Below, piece by piece: positions 39,737 through 47,164 of a stretch of DNA of 64,000 nucleotides. The translations under genes and the position numbers were made by a program. Each line of letters starts with the position of its first letter. Position 1 is the first letter of the stretch. The stretch comes from Bdellovibrionota bacterium (GTDB lineage Bacteria > Bdellovibrionota_G > JALEGL01 > DATDPG01): assembly GCA_963668355.1 (NCBI GenBank), contig OY764265.1, positions 416,001-480,000 of the forward strand, read 5' to 3'. The notes under the pieces are model-generated. The model was not told where the DNA came from. It did not search any database and was given only the letters and a program-made list of their open reading frames with translations.

Positions 39737-40063
39737 AACTTCCCTTGTCGGCGAAATGCCGACAGTTTTACAACAAGTGAGGAGCGGGGGCCCTATGGGC
39801 TGCGACGAGCTACCTTAGAAGTGCTCGAGCGCGAACAGCGCGAGAAACTTCCCTTCTCGGCGAAATGCCGACAGTTTTACAACAAGTGAGGAGCGGGTGC
39901 CCTTTGGGCAGCGACGAGCCACATTAGAAGTGCTCGAACACGGGTAGCGCGACAAATTTCCCTTGTCGGCGAAATGCCGACAGTTTTACAACAAGTGAGG
40001 AGCGGGGGCCCTATGGGCTGCGACGAGCTACCTTAGAAGTGCTCGAGCGCGAGCAGCGCGACA
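39737..40063. repeat. Three tandem 109-bp structured repeats
   Basis: Units start at 39737, 39846 and 39955; several hairpins per unit with compensatory changes. Confidence 0.92.
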
Positions 40064-40109
40064 AACCTGGTGGACGCGCGGTGGACGTTTCTACAGGTGT
40101 GGCAATTCC

Positions 40110-41024
40110 TTAATCTTGGAGTCCTAGTGCTTTATTCAATTGTTTGCGCTGCAAAGATTTTCGTTTCGAATCCATCTTCTTTTGATTCAACAGTTTCCAT
40201 TTGACGGATGGGTACTCACTTACATCCTTGAAAAGATCCCATTTAGGATCGCTGTCAAAAAAAGACACCAAAAATTCCTTGTCATTTTCCGTCAACACAC
40301 TCCGCAAATGATCTGGTAGGGTATCTCTAATCGCTTCCAACTCCTGAATCGCAACATCTTGTTGAGCCATGCCGTGGAATTCATTTTCGAATCTCTCTCG
40401 AATATCTTGTGCGTTTGGGTCTAAGACCTCATGTAAGGGCCGATTATGGGATATCAGATAGAAAAGAAAAGCCTCTTTTATCTCTGACGTAATGCCCTCA
40501 TGATCAAGCAAATACTTTACATCGAAAAAATCACGCGGGTGCTGTCGATCCAATGCGGCCACGAGTTTGCCTCCAAAAACGTCCGGCAACGCTACACACT
40601 GAATCTGAAGCTCTTTCCGAAACTCGCTATACACAAGCGCACAAGCATCTTTCTTAACAGGGCCAAACAATGTTCCTCGAATCGTAAAATTGGGTTCGAT
40701 TTTGATCTCAACGTTGCTTCGCCTTACAAACAGTTTGACCTCTTTGTCGCTACCAAGAGGATGTGAGCTTGTAACGGAGAAGTTCATTTCTCTTTCCAAG
40801 TTCATTTTGATTTCATTAAGAATCGAATGAATGTTTTTAAATGTTTTTTTTCGATCTTCTAGTGGCAAATACACAAGATCAATATCCACGCTTAAACGCG
40901 GCATGTTTCGCAAGAATAGATTGATCGCCGTTCCACCTTTGAGTGCAACTCTGAAATCCTGACATGCATAAGGCAACACCTCTAACAGCATGTTCAATTG
41001 TTCTCTGTACTGTTGACTGATCAA
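40110..41024 (-). CDS. AbiEii-family nucleotidyltransferase toxin (type IV TA)
   Basis: ALKGGTAINLF..MPRLSVDIDL, KIEPN, GGKLVAALDRQHPRDFFD. Confidence 0.9.
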   Translation of the reverse strand: MISQQYREQLNMLLEVLPYACQDFRVALKGGTAINLFLRNMPRLSVDIDLVYLPLEDRKKTFKNIHSILNEIKMNLEREMNFSVTSSHPLGSDKEVKLFVRRSNVEIKIEPNFTIRGTLFGPVKKDACALVYSEFRKELQIQCVALPDVFGGKLVAALDRQHPRDFFDVKYLLDHEGITSEIKEAFLFYLISHNRPLHEVLDPNAQDIRERFENEFHGMAQQDVAIQELEAIRDTLPDHLRSVLTENDKEFLVSFFDSDPKWDLFKDVSEYPSVKWKLLNQKKMDSKRKSLQRKQLNKALGLQD

Positions 41025-41806
41025 AATGGGTTCTCCTGTCCAACATTGGGAACGGTGATAATGTATTTTTTATCCAATCGCCCTCCCTTTACAACTACCC
41101 TTTTGCCTGTTCCTAAATCTATTTTCTCCGTGTTCAAGCGAGTAGTCCAAGGAAGGTTGAGAGACTCTGCAACATACAAAAACACGCGCTTCACTTTGAT
41201 AGACCTACATGTTTCAAGAAGGTTCTGTACGAGGCGACTTCGTAACGTCTTCATTCCTTCCATATAGTTTTCAAGAGTTTCAAATGACTCTTGCAAATCT
41301 AGCTGATTCACAAGCTCCAAAACGGCCCGTTCGCGACAAGAGATCATAAGAGGATATTTGGCTTCCTTGTAAGCAAAGACACCTTCTTCACTATCAAACA
41401 AATTAGCCTGCCTCAGATTGAATTTAGCACCCCAATCATTGCCTCTTATCCACGAGGGAAGATTCAGCATCTTCTGACACATTAGGGACACGGTTGGATG
41501 ACGTCCAAGAGGTAAATTGCTTCTGGTGCCCTGAAGGTGCAGAGCCGAAGCCCCCGCTACGTGAGCAGGAAAATCTTGTTCAAACTGAGCTGCACTTAGG
41601 GCCGCCATCCAATCCATTTGATCTCCAGATCGTAGATAGGCCCCTCCTCCTAGTGCTTTTAGCAATCCAGATTTTTGGTATTGAGAAACATTCCTTCGAT
41701 TCAAACCGAATTGGGCAAACCAGGGCAGAGTGTGAACTTCACCATCTCTCCAATTCACCAAAACTTGGTTTAATTTATTCTTCCTTTGTCCATTAGAAGT
41801 AGACAT
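41021..41806 (-). CDS. AbiEi-family antitoxin (type IV TA)
   Basis: KLNQVL N-terminus, HVAGASAL, S.RERAVLE, CRSIKVKRVFLY, IDLGTGKR; overlaps the toxin by 4 bp. Confidence 0.88.
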   Translation of the reverse strand: MSTSNGQRKNKLNQVLVNWRDGEVHTLPWFAQFGLNRRNVSQYQKSGLLKALGGGAYLRSGDQMDWMAALSAAQFEQDFPAHVAGASALHLQGTRSNLPLGRHPTVSLMCQKMLNLPSWIRGNDWGAKFNLRQANLFDSEEGVFAYKEAKYPLMISCRERAVLELVNQLDLQESFETLENYMEGMKTLRSRLVQNLLETCRSIKVKRVFLYVAESLNLPWTTRLNTEKIDLGTGKRVVVKGGRLDKKYIITVPNVGQENPF

Positions 41807-41858
41807 TTGATAGATATGTTAAACCAAATGGTTTACTTTTTCTACTATATGTCTACTT
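41797..41858. promoter_or_regulatory. Long imperfect inverted repeat, putative AbiEi autoregulatory operator
   Basis: aagtagacat...taaacca-aa-tggttta...atgtctactt overlapping the start codon; a similar half-site at 41861-41890. Confidence 0.65.
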
Positions 41859-41979
41859 ACAGAAGACATTTAATATAAATTGTAAACCGATTTTACTTCA
41901 GTCAGAGATTAATATTAATATTTTCAACTATTTAGAAAGTCACATGATTCTAAGAAGCTTTCCTGTTGAAACATTCGTC

Positions 41980-42011
41980 CAAAGGAGATACGCGTACGCG
42001 TATCTCCTTTG
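41980..42011. repeat. Perfect 32-bp palindrome
   Basis: caaaggagatacgcgt|acgcgtatctcctttg. Confidence 0.85.
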
Positions 42012-42054
42012 AACGAAATCAGGCTCTTCGTGTGTCTTCCCCAGAATTTCACTT

Positions 42055-42245
42055 TCAGATTTGCAGCGATCTATTCCCGAACCGCCCATACTCCTCTTTA
42101 AACGCCGTGGGGGAAAGGTGGGCGTAGCGCATGGTCATTTGGATGGATTGGTGGCCTAGGATGTTTTGGAGTTTGAAGATGTCTCCTCCGTGCATCATCC
42201 ATTGGCTGGCGAAGGTGTGGCGTAGATCGTGGAAGACCAGATATC
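42055..42245 (-). pseudogene. Tyrosine integrase C-terminal remnant
   Basis: YLVFHDLRHTFASQWMMHGGDIFKLQNILGHQSIQMTMRYAHLSP closely matches the C-terminus of the integrase at 50744-51838; the N-terminal ~290 aa are missing. Confidence 0.88.
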
Positions 42246-42269
42246 CCCTACTCCCCTCTCCCGACTCAG

Positions 42270-42412
42270 GGGACACTCACTTTATTTCGCGTTGAGTTAC
42301 AATCAGCGCCTGAATTCAACGACAAAAAACAAACCCTCTTTCCAAACACAAGCCCAACCCCAATAAACGAAAGAAACAAAAATTACACATCGCAAAATAA
42401 AGTGACTGTCCC
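42270..42412. mobile_element. 143-bp MITE/REP-like element with 18-bp terminal inverted repeats
   Basis: gggacactcactttattt (42270-42287) vs aaataaagtgactgtccc (42395-42412), 17/18 complementary. Confidence 0.55.
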
Positions 42413-42464
42413 GCGATTTCTAACTGTAAGTTGTTAATTTTATTAAATTGTGATTGGAAAATAG

Positions 42465-42482
42465 GACCTTCGGGTTATGAGC
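42465..42482. repeat. Distal att core (duplicate of the tRNA anticodon-loop region)
   Basis: gaccttcgggttatgagc, identical to 52018-52035. Confidence 0.85.
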
Positions 42483-42586
42483 GCGCGCAGCGTTTCTTTC
42501 CTGCCTCGCTCTCCTTTCATTTCAAACACTTACTTGTCCGGAGTATCTTGTCAACATTACCAATTTCGCACATTCGCCGCACTGTA

Positions 42587-42605
42587 TGGCCCAAGATTGG
42601 CCCAA
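42587..42605. promoter_or_regulatory. Putative integrase arm-type sites, left end
   Basis: tggcccaagattggcccaa (8-mer twice, 11-bp period), also at 51914-51932. Confidence 0.7.
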
Positions 42606-42648
42606 GAAATCGTTCACAAAAAAACACCTTTGCGCAGAGAGGCACACT

Positions 42649-43542
42649 CTACTGTTCCACTACATCTTCCCAAGCAATCACGGGGATAGTCTTTGGAAAA
42701 GTCTGGTTTTTACTATGAAACTTCTTCAAAAAATCCGACTCTCTTGGCAACAAAATCATAGCAACATCAGACCAAGTAAACTTAAAGGGAGAAATGGATC
42801 GCCACTCTCTTTCACAATAAATCGTTCCAAACTCGGAAAGGTCAAAGGTTTTTACAAAAGACGCTATTAATTTAGTTCCTTCTAAAGCAGTTTCGGACAG
42901 AGTCAGCATTTCATCAACCGCACTCTCAACGTCAGCCGTTTCGAAGTGCGCATCATCTTCTAAATTAATTTCATTGTCACATTCTGGGCAAGTAAGCTCT
43001 AAACAAGCGTTATCCCCCATTGCCTCTGCAGCATCCAAAAGGTCACCAGAATCGACACTATTCAACGTTGCTATAGCGCCGTAAAGAGAGCCCACCAAAT
43101 CCTCTGTTGAAAGCGTATAAAGAACGGGGTTGAATTTGGCTCTCACTATCGCCTCTCTGTGAAATCCTATAGCCATTTTTCCGTAGCGGGTTGAATGGTA
43201 TCCAAGGTGTTGAATGGGAATATCTGCCACGCAACACACCTTTTCTGTCGGTATGCTCAGGCGATGTTTCTTTTTCTTAACAAAAGCCTTCTTTTTTTCA
43301 TCGAATATTGTCGCTTCCGGCAACACGACATTGATACACTCGTGATACCCTCCAACCCTAAGCGTTCGATCTTTCAAAATCGAACAAAGTGCCTCAAATG
43401 CTAGTTTTTCTTCTTTCGGCCGGTTCTCTTGCCGCTGCAATTTGTCGTTCCATTTTGGCCCCCCAGTGAAATGCCATAGAACCCTGGACACTGTGCCGGG
43501 GTTCGAACCTTGAAACGATTTAAGCCCTCTTTTAATCCCCAT
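42649..43542 (-). CDS. AbiGi-family protein
   Basis: LWHFTG, VCCVADIP...H..RYGKMAIGF, NPVLY, IYCEREWR pattern; internal CPEC. Confidence 0.7.
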   Translation of the reverse strand: MGIKRGLKSFQGSNPGTVSRVLWHFTGGPKWNDKLQRQENRPKEEKLAFEALCSILKDRTLRVGGYHECINVVLPEATIFDEKKKAFVKKKKHRLSIPTEKVCCVADIPIQHLGYHSTRYGKMAIGFHREAIVRAKFNPVLYTLSTEDLVGSLYGAIATLNSVDSGDLLDAAEAMGDNACLELTCPECDNEINLEDDAHFETADVESAVDEMLTLSETALEGTKLIASFVKTFDLSEFGTIYCEREWRSISPFKFTWSDVAMILLPRESDFLKKFHSKNQTFPKTIPVIAWEDVVEQ

Positions 43543-43605
43543 ATATCTCCCCGATTCGCTGCAAATCGACCACCTTAATCATGGAGTTAGAACCCACTGA
43601 AAAAA

Positions 43606-44481
43606 TTGGCATTCCTTACTCCGCTTGCCATCTTCGCACATTTTCGACACTGTATGAAAAAAAGACACACTGTCGACTACGTAGGGCCATTCACAAACAA
43701 AAAGACTATCAAAATGCCGAAACGTCCTAGAAAAACTAACACCGAATCCAACATAACGATTCCAAAAGGAAAAAATCCGCGCAAAACGGTCGATGTGGAG
43801 TCGCTCTGGCAGCAAGTCTGGAGCATAATGTCATTAATAAGCCTTATCGAAAAGCAGCCGCAAACAATCAAAAAACATTCGCGCAAGAAGCAAAACGGTC
43901 AAACCGATAAGATCAACCATTCCGACTCGCTTTTGGCCATCCTTAGAAGATTTCAGAATCTGGATACAGCATCTATTTCGAAAAAACGAACAAGATTGTC
44001 TTCGCTCCAAAAACTCACGAAATCATTTTTGCCCGGGTTGATTGACAGTTACAGACGTTACGTTTGGAATCCAAAAATCTCGCGGAACGAATATAAAGAA
44101 TTGATCAGAAATTCCATACCAGGCTTTCATCTCGATCGAGAAATTGACGTTTTAATCCTAAGTAAAAGCAAAATCACGGCCATGGGCGGCCCCGACTCCG
44201 CTGCGAAGAAGGTTCTTGGAAAATTGCTCGGCACAGGGGGTTTGAGCAAACGAGGCTTTGACGACATACTTGAATCTGCTGATGCCAAATTGAGCCTCTC
44301 TCGGCCAAACAATGATCTAACTTGCCTATATCATTTGTTAATTAGGAACAGAGGCTTCGCGCAAAAGGACATTCAAAAGGCGCTCGATCAGCTCCAAAAT
44401 TCATATCCATATGGGGAACGAGCTGCTCGCATCAAAAAACACAAGTTCCAACGGCGTCCAAAAGGGAAAAAGAAGCCATAA
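43606..44481 (+). CDS. Hypothetical basic protein within the island (start may be 43713)
   Basis: Long ORF, Lys/Arg-rich termini, no recognised family. Confidence 0.55.
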   Translation: MAFLTPLAIFAHFRHCMKKRHTVDYVGPFTNKKTIKMPKRPRKTNTESNITIPKGKNPRKTVDVESLWQQVWSIMSLISLIEKQPQTIKKHSRKKQNGQTDKINHSDSLLAILRRFQNLDTASISKKRTRLSSLQKLTKSFLPGLIDSYRRYVWNPKISRNEYKELIRNSIPGFHLDREIDVLILSKSKITAMGGPDSAAKKVLGKLLGTGGLSKRGFDDILESADAKLSLSRPNNDLTCLYHLLIRNRGFAQKDIQKALDQLQNSYPYGERAARIKKHKFQRRPKGKKKP

Positions 44482-44645
44482 AATCCTTTTTTTTCTGAGG
44501 GTTCAGGATGCCCGTAACTAGCGAGGGGCCGCGAGTTTCCCACCCGCTTTTCTTTCTGCCCTGGAAGAACCTAAAAAATGACATTAGTGACGTCGTTTTT
44601 GTTTTCTTCATAAAGAAACGCATGGGCTATAGAGAAAAATAACTC

Positions 44646-46769
44646 TCAGAATCCGTCATTGCCGTCATTTTTTAATCCAATCCCCTGCCACAGTCTTTCG
44701 CGACTCGTCCTCTTTTCCTCAAAACCCCTAGATTTTAAGTAATTTGAGAAATCCTTTTGTGAGTGCACCTTTTCCCCATTGTCCTCGGCCCAAATTCTAT
44801 ATCTTCGGTAAATCTCTGTCTTTTTTATCGTTTTTTCCGATCCCACAATGCAAGATTCTTCAATGAACTCTGCGAACCTATCTTGCTCTTGGCGATATTG
44901 TTCCTTCGCCGCCAACACTTTTACGGGAGGATTTAGGGTTGTTTTCTTCCAGGCACGATATCCTTCTATAGCCCAATTCAATATCCCTGAAAGCTCCGCC
45001 TCCAATTTTGACCCAAGATCGAAGTCGATCTCGGATTCCGGAATCGTGACTTCAAATGGAACTAAATGGATTCTCCGCCATATTCCATGATCACCCGAAA
45101 GAATCTTGGGTTTTTGATTCACACTCATCCATAACTTCAATTTTGGTTCAAATTCGGAATGTTCTGCATATAAGAATCTGGCAGCGACCTTTTCTCCCCC
45201 AGTAATTACTTTCACAAGGTTTTCGTCCAGTCGCTTTGAGGCAGATGTCTCGGAAGAAACCACAAAACGAACCCCCCTGAGCCTTGCCAAATCGTTTCGA
45301 ATTGTTTGGTATTTCTGTTCTAGAAACGTATTGATATCGGCCGACCTGCCGTAACTACCCAACATTTTTTGTATGGTTTGAAGAAAAGTGGTCTTTCCAT
45401 TTGCTCCATTACCATGAAGGACAAAAATACATTGTTCACCTGTTTCTCCAGAAATCGAATAACCCACCGCCCGCTGGAGATACAAAATCATCTCCTCGTC
45501 TTCGTTCATTATTGTTCGCAAGAATTTGATCCATTGTGGACAAGACGCGGTCGGGTCGAATATCACTGGACTCAACATAGTTGAATATTGGTCGGGTGAA
45601 TGTGGCTTCAATACTTCCTCATCCAGAGAAAAATATCCGTTTTCCACATTCAAGCATCGAGGATTCGCATCAAAAACACTCGCATCAACCTCGAGTAAGG
45701 GCTGGGCTAGTTTCAATACGGATGCCATTGTCCTATAAGTTTCAAGACTTCTCGCGTTCTTAATGAATGCCTTTTCTACCGAGGCATCAGTGTTTTGCTT
45801 CGCTAAATTCTTTAATAGCCGAGCAAGGCTTATTACATGTTCGAATACTAAGCCCGAGTCATCTTGCCGCCATACATTCTTTCCCGAAACCATCCATTTC
45901 TTCCTATCCGCTCTATAACGAACTAAATTACCTACTGAATGAGCCAAACGCTCTGCATTCCCGGCCTCTGTTAAGGGTGGCTCTACCAGTTTTGAGGCTT
46001 CTGGATACTTTGCGCACGATTTCACAATACTTTTAACCTCTCTTTCGTCCAAAGGAGGGGAACACTTTTCCTCGTTCTCTCTTAACAACGCCTGCTCAAT
46101 AGCATTCAGCCCCATACCTTTTCTCCTCATTGCTCCGGCTAGACTTGTCAAATGGGAATTCCGAGAACCCTCAGGAATTTTTCCGTCAGATTCTCCTTTT
46201 GGTTCGATTTTCGCCTTGGACATCATCAGTTCGTGAAGCCATACCGGAATCGGCGATATCGCATCCTTAGTAGGTTCCTCCATCCACCTGTATAAAGTGC
46301 CGTTGGGGTGACTACTTGGCGGCAAGACCACCTGCCCTCTTTCTCCCTTAGCATCCAATCCCGGAAAAAACCCACAACGCGAAGAAAGAGGAACATCAGG
46401 AGCTTGGAAAAAAACATGTTTTCCACCTCCGCCCGTGATTGACGTGAGAGTTTTGGGGAGCTTTTCATACTCCTTTTCGAGTTGAGTCAACGATTCATTA
46501 CCGCCATTTCGCGGATCGACATCGAGAACAACTACGTTTGATATTTTTCCTGTTACCAACCCAACCCCCAGATCGGGATTTGTTTTCAGCATGTATTTCA
46601 AATGGTCGATGTCGTTTTCGGTTCTGTTTTGCCATCCTTTTTCGATTGGCACCTTTTTGTTTAATAGGACGAGAACCCAGCCGAAGCTGATATATTTATC
46701 CACATACGCAAGGGAACTCGGTTTAGAAGGATTCGCCATCATAACAATCTTCCCATTTGGCCGGGACAC
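44646..46769 (-). CDS. Bifunctional primase-polymerase fused to PriCT and D5/P4-type SF3 helicase
   Basis: VVVLDVDPRNGG, TGGGGKHVFF, IPEGSRN...PPLDEREV, Walker A GNGANGKTT, DHGIWRRI. Confidence 0.9.
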   Translation of the reverse strand: MSRPNGKIVMMANPSKPSSLAYVDKYISFGWVLVLLNKKVPIEKGWQNRTENDIDHLKYMLKTNPDLGVGLVTGKISNVVVLDVDPRNGGNESLTQLEKEYEKLPKTLTSITGGGGKHVFFQAPDVPLSSRCGFFPGLDAKGERGQVVLPPSSHPNGTLYRWMEEPTKDAISPIPVWLHELMMSKAKIEPKGESDGKIPEGSRNSHLTSLAGAMRRKGMGLNAIEQALLRENEEKCSPPLDEREVKSIVKSCAKYPEASKLVEPPLTEAGNAERLAHSVGNLVRYRADRKKWMVSGKNVWRQDDSGLVFEHVISLARLLKNLAKQNTDASVEKAFIKNARSLETYRTMASVLKLAQPLLEVDASVFDANPRCLNVENGYFSLDEEVLKPHSPDQYSTMLSPVIFDPTASCPQWIKFLRTIMNEDEEMILYLQRAVGYSISGETGEQCIFVLHGNGANGKTTFLQTIQKMLGSYGRSADINTFLEQKYQTIRNDLARLRGVRFVVSSETSASKRLDENLVKVITGGEKVAARFLYAEHSEFEPKLKLWMSVNQKPKILSGDHGIWRRIHLVPFEVTIPESEIDFDLGSKLEAELSGILNWAIEGYRAWKKTTLNPPVKVLAAKEQYRQEQDRFAEFIEESCIVGSEKTIKKTEIYRRYRIWAEDNGEKVHSQKDFSNYLKSRGFEEKRTSRERLWQGIGLKNDGNDGF

Positions 46770-46956
46770 GGCTCAAAGCCATAAAGCTTTCAAGTTCATT
46801 TCTATCGAATCTCACACACCTCGAACTTAAACGAAAATGGGGAATGATTTTTCGATGAACAAGGCTATAGAGATGCCCCACACTACAACCAATAATGTCC
46901 GCCGCCTCCGAGTACCCAACGTACTTCTCGCTGCTAAATTTCTTCTTTTCATTCAT
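46723..46956 (-). CDS. Excisionase/AlpA-like HTH protein
   Basis: YSEAADIIGCSVGHLYSLVHRKIIPHFRL...VRFDRNELESF; ATG 46956 with GAGG RBS. Confidence 0.8.
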   Translation of the reverse strand: MNEKKKFSSEKYVGYSEAADIIGCSVGHLYSLVHRKIIPHFRLSSRCVRFDRNELESFMALSRVPAKWEDCYDGESF

Positions 46957-47015
46957 ATTGACCTCGCTTTCTGTTTCTTCGTCGGGTTCATAAAAAACAA
47001 AAAGAGAGAAAGGCT

Positions 47016-47046
47016 CCACTGCAGGTTTTTTTAAATTTTCTGCACC
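47016..47046. promoter_or_regulatory. 31-bp operator-like site upstream of xis
   Basis: 29/31 identical to 51871-51901; TGCAG...CTGCA inverted ends. Confidence 0.7.
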
Positions 47047-47164
47047 GTTCTTGGGGGAATCCCACAGCCAAGCTGCGAGCATAAACCTCTATTTTAAATG
47101 GATATTTTTGGCCTTTTCAAAAAGGCACAGGAAGTTGCTGAAAACTTCCAACAGATTTTTTCAA

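Noticed and set aside
39737..40063. CRISPR array
   Set aside because: Units are 109 bp and near-identical along their whole length, with no unique spacers; no cas genes in the window
42430..42482. Second tRNA-Met gene
   Set aside because: Only 18 bp match; no D-arm, T-arm or acceptor stem, so treated as an att remnant
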